Shown here in pieces: positions 30,997 through 40,746 of a stretch of DNA of 52,814 nucleotides; the stretch's first letter is position 1; each line of letters opens with the position of its first letter. This stretch comes from an uncultured bacterium (lineage in GTDB: Bacteria > Bacteroidota > Rhodothermia > Rhodothermales > DASSAV01). The stretch is from the NCBI GenBank assembly GCA_965365445.1, contig CBDUBS010000005.1, positions 1-52,814 on the forward strand. The letters run 5' to 3'. The notes under the pieces were generated by a model, which searched no databases, was not told where the DNA came from, and saw nothing but the letters and a program-made list of their open reading frames with translations. The translations under genes were made by a program, and so were the position numbers.

Positions 30997-31866
30997 TCAG
31001 TCGGCCGGGGTTAGCTCTCCCTGGGCCGGCGACTGGTTCGTGAGGGCTTCCGAAAGCTGGACACGCAGTTCATTGGCGCTCAGGTCCGAAACCAGTTCCC
31101 CGTTTTTGGAGATGGATATCGTCCCCCGCTCTTCCGAAACGATGATGACAAACGCATCGGTTTGCTCCGTCAACCCGACGGCGGCGCGGTGCCTCAGGCC
31201 GAGGTGCGGGCTGAGCCGCATACTCGTAGAAACCGGTAATATACAACGGGCCGCTTCGATCTTCCCGTTTCGAAGAATTACGGCCCCATCGTGCAGGGGG
31301 TTCTGGTCGAAAAAGATGGTAATGAGCAGGTCGCGTGTCAATTGCGCGTTCAGTGGGGCGCCCGTCTCGATATAATTGCGCAACCCTGTCGAGCGCTCGA
31401 ACGCCATAAGCGCCCCGATGCGGTTCCGGCTCATCTCGCTCACGGCGGCCACCACTTCATCCACCAGTTCGTCTTGCGCCGGCTCGTTGACGAACCGCCG
31501 TACGAGGGGGTTCTGCCCGATGAGCAGCAGGAGCCGTCGGATTTCCGGCTGGAAGAGGATGATTACGGCCAGCACGAACACCTCGCTGATCGAGCCGAAC
31601 AGCGCTCTCAGCATCGTCATATCTGCCGCCGTAACCATTACCTGTACGAGGTACAGGGCCATCACTCCGAAAAAAATCTGCACGGCAATGGTGCCGCGCA
31701 TGAGCAGGTACAACTTGTACAGGATATAGGAGACGATTCCGATTTCCAGAATATCGACTATCCGGATCGGAATCGTACCGAAAAGCTCTAATGCCAAAAA
31801 CCCGGAAGCAGTCACCGGCTCGTACGAGAAGGATAGTAGTAAAACAGGCGGAAAGCAGCTCGCCAT
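30997..31866 (-). CDS. cdaA: Diadenylate cyclase CdaA (c-di-AMP synthase, DisA_N domain) with an N-terminal membrane region
   Basis: N-terminal TM segments (IVDILEIGIVSYILYKLYLLMRGT) and DAC-domain motifs GALMAFE...NPLHDGAVIL...RHRAAVGLTE..DAFVIIVSEERG. Confidence 0.85.
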   Translation of the reverse strand: MASCFPPVLLLSFSYEPVTASGFLALELFGTIPIRIVDILEIGIVSYILYKLYLLMRGTIAVQIFFGVMALYLVQVMVTAADMTMLRALFGSISEVFVLAVIILFQPEIRRLLLLIGQNPLVRRFVNEPAQDELVDEVVAAVSEMSRNRIGALMAFERSTGLRNYIETGAPLNAQLTRDLLITIFFDQNPLHDGAVILRNGKIEAARCILPVSTSMRLSPHLGLRHRAAVGLTEQTDAFVIIVSEERGTISISKNGELVSDLSANELRVQLSEALTNQSPAQGELTPAD

Positions 31867-31922
31867 GCAGCAGGTTGACGAACCGGCAAGGGAGGAAGCA
31901 AAATAACCTCTCGGGTAGACTT

Positions 31923-32843
31923 TTATCCGACCGCCGCCCCATTTATTGCAGCAATTACCCGAAGCATGTCAACGGTCGGGCGAACGTCGTGTGTCCGGAC
32001 GATGCCGGCGCCCCGCAGCACGGCTACGGCCGTGGCTCCCAGCGATCCGAACAAGCGTTCGTCGACGGGCGCCGGACGCTCGGCCGAACCCAGCGCCGCC
32101 CCTATCGTGCTCTTGCGGGATACGCCTATCACGATAGGGTGTCCGAGCGCCAGTAATTCACCGATGCCGTGTATCAACTTCAGGTTTTCCTGCGCGGTTT
32201 TCCCGAAGCCAAACCCCGGATCGATGGCGATACCGCGAACACCGGCTGCCCGTGCTCGCCGGACGGAATCGGCCAGGGAGGTTTTCACCTCGCTCACTAC
32301 GTCGTCGTAGGTGTGGCTATGCGGTAATTGCCCTGGCCGCCCGAGCGAATGCATCAGGATCAGCGGAGCGCCGTAACGGGCAGCCACCTGCGCCGTCTCC
32401 GGGTACAACCGCAACCCGGTAATGTCGTTGATCATATGCGCTCCGGCCTCCAGCGCCCGCCGGGCCACCGAAGGTTTGTATGTATCTACGGAGATGAGCG
32501 CTTCCGGGTACCGGGCTGCGATCGCTTCCACCACCGGCGCGACGCGTTTCGATTCCTCGTCCTCCGTCACCACCCCGGCCCCCTCCCCGTACACGTTGCC
32601 CCGGGGGCGTGTGGATTCTCCGCCTACGTCGATCACACGGGCTCCTTCGGTCAGCATGGCCTCGGTGCGCCGCAGGGCTGCATCCAAGGTAGGGTAAGCG
32701 CCGCCGTCGGAGAAGGAATCCGGCGTCACGTTCAGGATGCCCATTACCACGGCGGCGCCGGGACGGCAATCCAGGTTGCGCCCACGGCACGCCAGCACGA
32801 ACCGGGCGTTCCTCTCCTCCATTTCGAGACGATCTGTTTCCAT
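31923..32843 (-). CDS. folP: Dihydropteroate synthase (FolP)
   Basis: GILNVTPDSFSDGG, IDVGGESTRPG and MINDI.G motifs. 306 aa. Confidence 0.9.
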   Translation of the reverse strand: METDRLEMEERNARFVLACRGRNLDCRPGAAVVMGILNVTPDSFSDGGAYPTLDAALRRTEAMLTEGARVIDVGGESTRPRGNVYGEGAGVVTEDEESKRVAPVVEAIAARYPEALISVDTYKPSVARRALEAGAHMINDITGLRLYPETAQVAARYGAPLILMHSLGRPGQLPHSHTYDDVVSEVKTSLADSVRRARAAGVRGIAIDPGFGFGKTAQENLKLIHGIGELLALGHPIVIGVSRKSTIGAALGSAERPAPVDERLFGSLGATAVAVLRGAGIVRTHDVRPTVDMLRVIAAINGAAVG

Positions 32844-33051
32844 TCAATTACCCGATTATGCAGTCAGGACACCGATAGACCCAAACTATCGCTTAAACGC
32901 TTCGCATGAAAGGTGATTCGGATGGCGCCCGGCGCGCAACAAATCATGCAAGCTTCGAACTGGTTCCTCCATAAGCCGGAGCCATTCCCCGGATGTGCAG
33001 TGTAACGACCGTTTGCCCGCCGTACCGCCCACCATTTTTCGTACGCCCCTC

Positions 33052-34599
33052 ATGCTGAACCGGCTGCTGCATACCGTTCCGGCCGGACCGCTGCATACCG
33101 TCGATCGGTTCCTCGCCGACGGGCCCAAGGCGCAGGAGCGCGTTCTGCGCCGCATCCTTACGAAGGCTCGTGCAACGGAGTGGGGCCGCCGCCTGGGTTT
33201 CGGGGATGTCCTTCGCGCCCCCGACATCATCGCGGCCTATCAGGACCGGGTGTCCCTGCATGAGTACGACAGCTTCCACGAGGATTTTCAGCGCGTGCGT
33301 CGCGGCGTACCGGATGTAGTATGGCCGGGCCGGTTCCGCGACTTCGCCGTTTCCAGTGGTACGGCCTCGGCGGGTAAAGTGCTTCCGGTGAGCCGGGAGA
33401 TGCTGATCGGCAACCGGAGCTTCAGCCTGGCCGTAGGGCTCAACTACCTGGCCGAAACGGGCAACCTCCGCTTCATTCAAGGAAAGCACCTTACGCTTCC
33501 GGGCCGCATCGAGGAATCTCCGGACCATCCGGGTACGTTCGTCGGAGAGGTGAGCGGCCTTCAGGCCGAGTACGCGCCGGCTTTCTTTCGGCGGTTTTTG
33601 CAGGCCGTACCCAACGAGATCGCCTTCCTGCCCAACTGGGAACAGAAACTCGCCGCCATTGCGGATCGCACGCTGCATATGGATATCCGCACCATCGTCA
33701 TGGTGCCGTCGTGGGCCCTCGCTTTTTTCAAGCTGCTCGTCCAGCAGTTTCGCAGGAAAACCGGAAGGCGCGTAGAGACGGTGGGCGAAGTCTGGCCGAA
33801 CTTGCAGCTTTTCATCTCCGGGGGAGTGTCCCTGGCCTCGTATCGTACGCTGCTGGAATCCCTGATCGGCCTCGAGCACCTGCATTTCATCGAAACCTAC
33901 GGCGCTTCTGAAGGATTCTTTGCCTTTCAGTCGTCCGTAGCGGATCGGTCGATGCTGCTGCACCTGGATAACGGCGTTTTTTTCGAGTTCGTGCGGATGG
34001 ACGAGCACGGGTCCCCTTCCCCTCGTCGTTTTACCGTTGCCGACGTGGAACCGGACGTCCGGTATACGCTTTATGTTTCTACGTGCAGCGGTCTATGGGC
34101 GTACAATGTCCGGGATGTGGTTCGCTTTACGAGTACCTACCCTCATAAGATCGTCGTGGTGGGGCGCACCAGCGAGATGATCGATAAGTACGGCGAAGCC
34201 GTTTTCGGGGAAGAAGCCGGGTCGGCGCTTCGGGAAGCGTGCCGGATGACCGAGGCGGAGATCGCCTACTTCCACATTGCGCCGCGCCCGGCCGCTCTCG
34301 ACCGGATGCCGTCGCACCAGTGGCTGATCGAATTTGACCGGATGCCCCGGGATAAGGCGGCCTTCGTGGAAACCATCGACGCGTACCTGCAAAAAGTAAA
34401 TCGGCATTACCAGATACGAAGGGAAGCTCGGGTATTCGATCAACCGGAAATCGTCTCCCTGCCGGAGGGCACATTTTATGGATGGCTTCAGCGAACAAAA
34501 AAGCAAGTCAGCGGTCAGACGAAAGTGCCTCGCATGAGCGAAGAGCGCGGCGTGGCCGACGAAATCCTGAAAACGGTTACCCATTTAGACATTTTTTAA
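33052..34599 (+). CDS. GH3-family (auxin-responsive-promoter-like) adenylate-forming acyl acid-amido synthetase homolog
   Basis: N-terminus QERVLRRILTKARATEWGRRLGFGDV, SSGTASAGKVLPVS (AMP-binding-like motif) and ETYGASEGF are hallmarks of bacterial GH3-family proteins. Start at the ATG at 33052, in frame within ORF 32995. Confidence 0.8.
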   Translation: MLNRLLHTVPAGPLHTVDRFLADGPKAQERVLRRILTKARATEWGRRLGFGDVLRAPDIIAAYQDRVSLHEYDSFHEDFQRVRRGVPDVVWPGRFRDFAVSSGTASAGKVLPVSREMLIGNRSFSLAVGLNYLAETGNLRFIQGKHLTLPGRIEESPDHPGTFVGEVSGLQAEYAPAFFRRFLQAVPNEIAFLPNWEQKLAAIADRTLHMDIRTIVMVPSWALAFFKLLVQQFRRKTGRRVETVGEVWPNLQLFISGGVSLASYRTLLESLIGLEHLHFIETYGASEGFFAFQSSVADRSMLLHLDNGVFFEFVRMDEHGSPSPRRFTVADVEPDVRYTLYVSTCSGLWAYNVRDVVRFTSTYPHKIVVVGRTSEMIDKYGEAVFGEEAGSALREACRMTEAEIAYFHIAPRPAALDRMPSHQWLIEFDRMPRDKAAFVETIDAYLQKVNRHYQIRREARVFDQPEIVSLPEGTFYGWLQRTKKQVSGQTKVPRMSEERGVADEILKTVTHLDIF

Positions 34600-34716
34600 C
34601 ATAACGTTGGTTGAATTATTCGATTAACCGGAACAACGCACGTCGTTTCCGCGTGGAGAGAGCCGGTTATATGAGCGCGTCTCATCCTGGTCGAGCAGGC
34701 CTGTTTACCTCTCGAA

Positions 34717-35613
34717 GTGAACCTGAACCGATCAGAATGGTACTCCGATACAAACAAAACTCTTGAAAGGCCTATGTACGTCCCACGCCAGCAACGAATG
34801 CTGGATCAGTATCTGCAAGAGATCGGACAGATCCCGCTACTGACTCCGGATGAGGAAGTAAACCTCGCACGTCTCATCAAGCAGGGAGACCAGGAATCAC
34901 TCCACCGTCTCACGCGTGCCAACCTTCGTTTCGTGGTGTCCGTTGCCAAAAAGTATCAGGGGCAGGGCCTGACCCTGGCCGACCTGATTAACGAGGGCAA
35001 CTACGGACTCATCAAGGCCGCCCAGCGGTTCGATGAAACCCGCGGGTTCAAGTTTATCTCCTACGCCGTCTGGTGGATCCGGCAGGCCATCCTGCAGGCG
35101 CTCGCCGAACAGAGCCGCGTCGTGCGTTTGCCGCTCAACCGGATTGGAACGATTTCCAAAATCCGCAAGACCAGCGCTCGCCTGGCTCAGTCCCACGAGC
35201 GCGCCCCGAACATCGAGGAACTCGCCAAAGAGCTCGATATCGATGTCGAGAAGGTGCGCGAAGCCATGCAGCATACCGGACGCCATCTCTCGATGGACGC
35301 CCCCTTCAACGACGACGACGACAATAGCCTGCTCGACGTTCTTCCGAACGACGAGGACACGTCGCCGGACGAAATCCTGCTCGATGAGTCCCTGAAGATC
35401 GACATCGAGCGAGCGCTGAGTATGCTTCATCCGCGCGAGGCGGAAATCACCAGGCTGTACTTCGGCATCGGCCGGGAGCACCCGCTTACGCTCGAAGAAA
35501 TCGGCCAGCGCTTCGGCCTGACCCGCGAGCGCGTCCGGCAGATCAAGGAAAAGGCGCTGCGCAAGCTCCGCCAGAAGCATCGCCGCGAAGAACTTCAGAT
35601 GCATATCGGGTAG
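34717..35613 (+). CDS. rpoD: RNA polymerase primary sigma-70 factor (RpoD/SigA, compact Bacteroidota-type)
   Basis: [69 protein letters not shown] (regions 2.1-2.4) and [25 protein letters not shown] (region 4.2). The start is either the GTG at 34717 or the ATG at 34774. Confidence 0.93.
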   Translation: MNLNRSEWYSDTNKTLERPMYVPRQQRMLDQYLQEIGQIPLLTPDEEVNLARLIKQGDQESLHRLTRANLRFVVSVAKKYQGQGLTLADLINEGNYGLIKAAQRFDETRGFKFISYAVWWIRQAILQALAEQSRVVRLPLNRIGTISKIRKTSARLAQSHERAPNIEELAKELDIDVEKVREAMQHTGRHLSMDAPFNDDDDNSLLDVLPNDEDTSPDEILLDESLKIDIERALSMLHPREAEITRLYFGIGREHPLTLEEIGQRFGLTRERVRQIKEKALRKLRQKHRREELQMHIG

Positions 35614-35685
35614 CTGATGCCCGCCGCCCTGTAGCGAAGGCCCTCCGGATGCTCCGGACGGGCCTTCGTTGCGTTCGGGCTTATG

Positions 35686-36270
35686 TTACGGCATGAAGAA
35701 CTCTTCTGCGCCGGGCTTCTGCGGCGCGTCGGTCCGAGGCCGGGCGGGTTCTCGCCTGCGCGTTCCGGCTGCCGCTTTCGAGGCCGGTTGCATGGCCGGC
35801 GATGGTTCGGCCACCCGGCTCAGGGTTGTCTGGCTCTGCCCGGAAGCGGGTAGAAATTCCCTCGGCATTTTGGGGGGCTGTACGAAGCGCCCCCGCTCGT
35901 CTACGGCCGTCCATTGCCCCGGCAGATTGTACAGATACCGCCCGATGCCCCACTGCACCGCCGCCCGGCGCATGGACGAGCTCAGGCCACCCTTTACCGG
36001 CTCGATATCCGTGTTTTCCGCCCCGTCCCACTTGGTAATCCACTCCTCGCCAATGCGGATCGAAATGCCACACATTACGCCTCCACCCGGACCGGCAACG
36101 AATTCGTTTTTCCAGTTCTCGGGCCCGCATACGTCATCGAGGCGATCCATGATAGCCCTGTTGGTAACGTAAGCGGCTGCCAACCCTTTACCCGTTGACT
36201 TGGCTATCGCGATGGGCTTCCATTCGATGTCGTCCGCTGAAAAAAAGTCCTTCAGTCGGTTCAGATCCAT
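35686..36270 (-). CDS. Rad52/22-family single-strand annealing protein homolog
   Basis: AYVTNRAIMDRLDDVCGPENWKNEF...GVMCGISIRIG...KGGLSSSMRRAAVQWGIGRYLY resembles the Rad52 N-terminal annealing domain and its K.A.TDA.KRA..FGIG.YLY box. 194 aa with a Pro/Arg-rich tail. Confidence 0.6.
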   Translation of the reverse strand: MDLNRLKDFFSADDIEWKPIAIAKSTGKGLAAAYVTNRAIMDRLDDVCGPENWKNEFVAGPGGGVMCGISIRIGEEWITKWDGAENTDIEPVKGGLSSSMRRAAVQWGIGRYLYNLPGQWTAVDERGRFVQPPKMPREFLPASGQSQTTLSRVAEPSPAMQPASKAAAGTRRREPARPRTDAPQKPGAEEFFMP

Positions 36271-36499
36271 AGCTCTCGACCTCCTCGTTTAGATGTCCTC
36301 CGTACCATGCCCCAAAGTACGGAATGGGAGTGACAACCTGCGGTCATAGCGTGTTTCGCCTCACCATGCCGGTAAGCCGACGTTGCAGGCCCTCGAATTG
36401 GGAAATACGCGCCATTTTACCACGGCCGTAGATGACCCGTATGGGGGCCGGAGCCTATTTTCCCGAACTGTTTCCTTTCTCCTTCCCGTCGGATATTCC

Positions 36500-37495
36500 A
36501 TGGCATTCAGGCCGAAACTCGTCCTCGACCTGATGAAAGAAAGCTACGCCGAGTGGAGCGACGATAAAGCTTCCCGCCTTGGCGCCGCCCTGGCCTACTA
36601 TACCATATTTTCGATCGCGCCGCTGCTCATTATCGTCATCGCCGTGGTGAGTTTTTTCTGGGATAACCAGTCGGGCGCCGTCCAGCAGGAGGTGGTGTTC
36701 CAGGTACGGACGCTCATCGGAGATGAAGGGGCCACCCTTGTCGAAACCATGCTCGACAACAGCAGCCGCCCCGGCTCCGGAAACATTCTGGCTACCGTGC
36801 TGGGTCTGGTGGCCCTGTTGTTCGGGGCCACCGGGGTGTTCGTGCAGCTTCAGGATGCGCTGAACACCATCTGGGACGTTCGGACCGCTCCGGGACGGGG
36901 GTTGGCTTCGTTCCTATCGAGCCGCCTCATTTCGTTTGGAATGATTCTCGTGGTTGGCTTTCTGTTGCTGGTTTCGCTCGTCATCAGCGCCGTCATCTCG
37001 GCCATTGGCGCGTCTTTCTCCGAAATCATCAACCTCCTCGTCTCCTTTCTCGTCATCTGGCTTCTTTTTGCCTCCATCTATCGCATCCTCCCCGACGTGG
37101 AGATCAGGTGGAGAGATGTCGGTGTCGGCGCTTTTATCACGGCGGCCCTGTTCGTGATCGGCAAATGGGGCCTTGGCCTCTACCTCGGGCGCAGCAGCGC
37201 CGCTTCCACCTACGGGGCGGCCGGGTCGCTGGTGATCCTGCTGCTGTGGATTTACTATTCGGCTCAGATTTTCTTCTTCGGGGCCGAGTTTACGCAGGTG
37301 TACGCCCGGCGGTACGGCTCCCGCATTCTACCCTCCCCGCACGCCGTATCCGTTGCGCCGTCCGGGCAGGCCGATTGCCCGGACCCTGAACCGCCGCCCG
37401 CGGCGCTTCCGGCCCCCTCCGGGAAATCCTTTCGCTTGCTCCCGCTTTTTCTGGCGTTTCTGGTGGGTAGGTGGCTGGGCCGGAAAACTTCCTGA
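36500..37495 (+). CDS. YihY/BrkB (virulence factor BrkB / former RNase BN) family inner-membrane protein
   Basis: AALAYYTIFSIAPLLIIVIAV start motif and six hydrophobic helices. Start at the ATG at 36500 (MAFRPK), in frame within ORF 36383. Confidence 0.8.
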   Translation: MAFRPKLVLDLMKESYAEWSDDKASRLGAALAYYTIFSIAPLLIIVIAVVSFFWDNQSGAVQQEVVFQVRTLIGDEGATLVETMLDNSSRPGSGNILATVLGLVALLFGATGVFVQLQDALNTIWDVRTAPGRGLASFLSSRLISFGMILVVGFLLLVSLVISAVISAIGASFSEIINLLVSFLVIWLLFASIYRILPDVEIRWRDVGVGAFITAALFVIGKWGLGLYLGRSSAASTYGAAGSLVILLLWIYYSAQIFFFGAEFTQVYARRYGSRILPSPHAVSVAPSGQADCPDPEPPPAALPAPSGKSFRLLPLFLAFLVGRWLGRKTS

Positions 37496-37642
37496 AGGGC
37501 GCGCCCCGGCGCCGATACCGGGTTGTAAAGAGGGGGTTACCCTGAAACGGTTGCGCTTTTTGCCACATTCAATGGCCTGTATCTCCTGCGGCCCGGTATG
37601 AACACACCGGCCGTACACCCTTCATAAAGCGCATACGTTACT

Positions 37643-38506
37643 ATGGCAAAAGATTATCCGGAAGAGTTACCCCCACAGGAGCAGGATCAGCAGCCCGGCC
37701 TGGAAAAAGAAATGACCCCCCGGCCCCACGAAACGAAACCGGAGTATAAGGGCTCGGGCAAGCTGCGCGGCAAAGCCGCCATCATCACGGGCGGCGATAG
37801 CGGCATCGGGCGCGCTGTGGCGGTACTTTACGCACGCGAAGGCGCGGACGTAGCCATTGTGTACCTGAACGAGCACGAAGACGCCGAAGCCACCCGAAAG
37901 CTCGTCGAAGCCGAAGGACGCCGCTGCCTCGTGCTCGCCGGGGACATCAAGCAGCGTTCGTTCTGCCGGGAGACCGTGCAAAAAACGGTGGAAGCATTCG
38001 GCCGGCTGGACATCGTCGTGAACAACGCCGCCGTCCAGTTCGTTCAGGAAAGTCTGGAGGACATTACCGAGGAGCAACTCGAAACCACGTTCCGGACCAA
38101 CATCTTCAGCCAGTTCTACCTCACGCAGGCCGCTCTGGAGCATTTGAAGGAGGGGAGTTCCATCATCAATACCACCTCCGTCACGGCGTACGAAGGCAAC
38201 CCCGTGCTCATCGATTACTCATCCACCAAAGGAGCCATCCTTGCCTTTACCCGCGCTCTCGCGGCGTCGCTGGCGGAAAAGGGCATTCGGGTAAATGCCG
38301 TAGCGCCCGGACCCATCTGGACACCGCTCATTCCCGCTACGTTCCCCGCGGAAAAGGTAGCGCAATTCGGGCAGGATACTCCGCTCGGCCGCCCCGGCCA
38401 GCCGGAGGAAGTGGCTACCTGCTACGTGTTCCTGGCCTCCGAGGATGCTTCCTACATTACCGGGCAGACACTCCATCCCAACGGCGGCAGGCCGGTCAAC
38501 GGCTGA
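37643..38506 (+). CDS. SDR-family oxidoreductase of the YdaD/YhxD general-stress type
   Basis: LRGKAAIITGGDSGIGRAVA, NNAA, YSSTKGA (Y-x3-K) and PGPIWTPL. 287 aa. Confidence 0.85.
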   Translation: MAKDYPEELPPQEQDQQPGLEKEMTPRPHETKPEYKGSGKLRGKAAIITGGDSGIGRAVAVLYAREGADVAIVYLNEHEDAEATRKLVEAEGRRCLVLAGDIKQRSFCRETVQKTVEAFGRLDIVVNNAAVQFVQESLEDITEEQLETTFRTNIFSQFYLTQAALEHLKEGSSIINTTSVTAYEGNPVLIDYSSTKGAILAFTRALAASLAEKGIRVNAVAPGPIWTPLIPATFPAEKVAQFGQDTPLGRPGQPEEVATCYVFLASEDASYITGQTLHPNGGRPVNG

Positions 38507-38606
38507 GTTCCCTCTGCCGTTGACCGGCTCTTTCCGACGGCAAGCGCCCATCCGGTCGGCTGCCCCGACGACGACGTTCGGGCAGCCGGCTTCATCCCTC
38601 CAGACC

Positions 38607-39680
38607 ATGGCCGGCAGGAAACGGAAAAAGCCAGGCAACCTTCCCCTTTCCCGGGATCCCGTGGAATCGGCGCAGCGAGCGGGGTTGTTCTACGTCAGCG
38701 ACGAAGAACCCGGCATCCGACGCCGCCGATGCGGGCGCGGTTTTCTGTATGTCGATCCCGACGGCAACCGGGTGGTCGATTCGGAAGAAAAAGCCCGTAT
38801 CCAGTCGCTCGTCATCCCACCGGCCTGGCAAAACGTATGGATCTGTCCCCATGCCGAAGGGCATCTCCAGGCCACCGGCCGGGACGACAAAGGCCGCAAA
38901 CAATACCTGTACCACCCCGAGTGGGAGCGTGTCCGCAATGAGACGAAGTTTACTCGCCTGATCCTGTTCGGGAAAGCCCTGCCGCAGATCCGCGCCCGGT
39001 GTGCGTACGACCTGCGCCTGCGCGGACTGCCCCGCGAGAAGGTCCTCGCTACGGTAACTTCTCTTCTCGACAGGACCCTCATCCGGATCGGTAACCGCGA
39101 GTACGCCCGTGCGAACAAATCCTTCGGACTGACCACCATGAGGGATCGGCATGTGAGTTTCACGGGCCAGAAATGCACCTTTACGTTCCGTGGCAAAAGC
39201 GGCAAAGACCATTGCATCGAGCTATCCGACCGCCGCCTTGCCCGCATCGTGCGGGCCTGCAAGGATATCCCCGGATACGAACTTTTTCAATTCTACGACG
39301 ACTCCGGACGCCGACAGCCCATCACTTCCACCGACGTCAACGGTTACCTGCGCGAAACGACCGGCCAGGATTTTACCGCCAAGGATTTCCGCACGTGGGG
39401 TGGTTCCGTGCTGGCTGCCGTAACCCTGTACGAAATGGGTTCCGCCGAGACCGAAAAGGAGGCGGCCGGTAGCGTTACCCGAATGGTCACGCAGGTGGCC
39501 GAACAGCTCGGCAATACGGTGGCCGTCTGTCGGAAGTATTACATCCATCCAGCCTTGTACGACGCCTATCTCGACGGCAATCTCCCTGCCGAATGGGATC
39601 GGGCACTGCGGCAGCCCGCCTTCCCTCAACTCGACCCGGAAGAATCGGCCCTGCTTCATTTCCTGGAACGCAACGTCTGA
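38607..39680 (+). CDS. DNA topoisomerase IB (bacterial/poxvirus-type TopIB)
   Basis: FLYVDPDGNRV..D......IPPAW, GRDDKGRKQYLYH, RIGNREYA, FRGKSGK, DFRTWGG and the catalytic-Tyr region CRKYYIHP match the small TopIB family. Start at the ATG at 38607, in frame within ORF 38445. Confidence 0.8.
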   Translation: MAGRKRKKPGNLPLSRDPVESAQRAGLFYVSDEEPGIRRRRCGRGFLYVDPDGNRVVDSEEKARIQSLVIPPAWQNVWICPHAEGHLQATGRDDKGRKQYLYHPEWERVRNETKFTRLILFGKALPQIRARCAYDLRLRGLPREKVLATVTSLLDRTLIRIGNREYARANKSFGLTTMRDRHVSFTGQKCTFTFRGKSGKDHCIELSDRRLARIVRACKDIPGYELFQFYDDSGRRQPITSTDVNGYLRETTGQDFTAKDFRTWGGSVLAAVTLYEMGSAETEKEAAGSVTRMVTQVAEQLGNTVAVCRKYYIHPALYDAYLDGNLPAEWDRALRQPAFPQLDPEESALLHFLERNV

Positions 39681-39705
39681 TCGCTACGTCGGCCGCTCCG
39701 CGCCG

Positions 39706-39732
39706 GGACGCTTCACGGGGGCGTCCTTTTTT
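39706..39732 (+). terminator. Rho-independent terminator after TopIB
   Basis: GGACGC-ttcacgggg-GCGTCC followed by TTTTTTCGTTT. Confidence 0.55.
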
Positions 39733-39978
39733 CGTTTATCCTTCCGGTCGCCCGTCTTTTTCAGGCAGGAGGGTACTCTTTCACTCGAAAACGCCTCTTT
39801 CCAGGACCTGGCTACTAAAATTTTTACGTATGGAAGCGCTATCTCTTAAAAATAATGCTTGACAGGGAACGGCTGGTTGTTTTTATTACGTCCGTTGGCA
39901 GACACCCTAAAAAAATGAGACTAAAAGCAATCCTGACCTAAAAACGAAAGCAACCTTTCACCTTCAGAACGAAATATC

Positions 39979-40695
39979 ATGCGCACATCATTACGGTTCC
40001 TCTTTTTCCTGACCCTTCTCAGCCTGCCTCTTTCAGCGCACGCCCAGTTGGAAGTCAGTACCAGCGTGTTCTACGGCAGCCCCTACGTATGGCGCGGCGA
40101 AGTGCTCTCTACGGGATTCGTGTTTCAGCCAACGGTAACGGCTTCCTATGAGGGTCTCTCCCTGACGTTCTTCGGCAATGTCGATCCGAGCAGCGGCTAC
40201 GTAGGGGATAAATGGCACGTACAGGAAGCCGACCTGACCGCCGCCTACGGCGCCACGCTGGGGGGCGTTGCCATCGGAGCCGGGTATACCCTGTACACGT
40301 TTCCCCTCCCCGGCGACGGCGAGCTCGAGCTTCAGCCCACGCATGAAGTATTCGGCTCCATCGGCCTTGCTTCCGTGCCGCTCGCTCCGAGCGTGATGGT
40401 AGCGTATGATTTCAAAACGTTCGACGGCGTATATGCCGAGGCCAGGCTGGCGCAGGAAGTAATGGTGGCGGCGCATCCGTACGCCCTCGGCGTAGCACTG
40501 GGCCTGGATAGCGCCTATCTCCTGCCCGACTCCGAAACCGAATTGAGCCATCTCGCGCTGACGGCCGGGACGTCGTTCTCTGCCGGAGCGCTTTCCTTCA
40601 GCCCGATGCTGGGCTTTCAGGTCAGTCTCTCCGAGCTGTACCGCGACACCTTCGGGGATACGTTTTTCTACGGCGGCTTCGCCATCGGCTTCTAG
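39979..40695 (+). CDS. Small outer-membrane beta-barrel protein (putative porin) upstream of amt
   Basis: Signal peptide MRTSLRFLFFLTLLSLPLSAHAQ. 238 aa with alternating hydrophobic residues and a C-terminal FYGGFAIGF aromatic terminus typical of OMP beta-barrels. Confidence 0.7.
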   Translation: MRTSLRFLFFLTLLSLPLSAHAQLEVSTSVFYGSPYVWRGEVLSTGFVFQPTVTASYEGLSLTFFGNVDPSSGYVGDKWHVQEADLTAAYGATLGGVAIGAGYTLYTFPLPGDGELELQPTHEVFGSIGLASVPLAPSVMVAYDFKTFDGVYAEARLAQEVMVAAHPYALGVALGLDSAYLLPDSETELSHLALTAGTSFSAGALSFSPMLGFQVSLSELYRDTFGDTFFYGGFAIGF

Positions 40696-40746
40696 CCCCC
40701 CGCTGACGCATTCCATACCCATCCATACCCATAAACCGCTATTCTC

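Noticed and set aside
39681-39978. Possible sigma-54 (-24/-12) nitrogen promoter upstream of the OMP-amt-glnK unit
   Set aside because: TGGCAG is present near 39895 but lacks a correctly spaced TTGC. This is insufficient to call.
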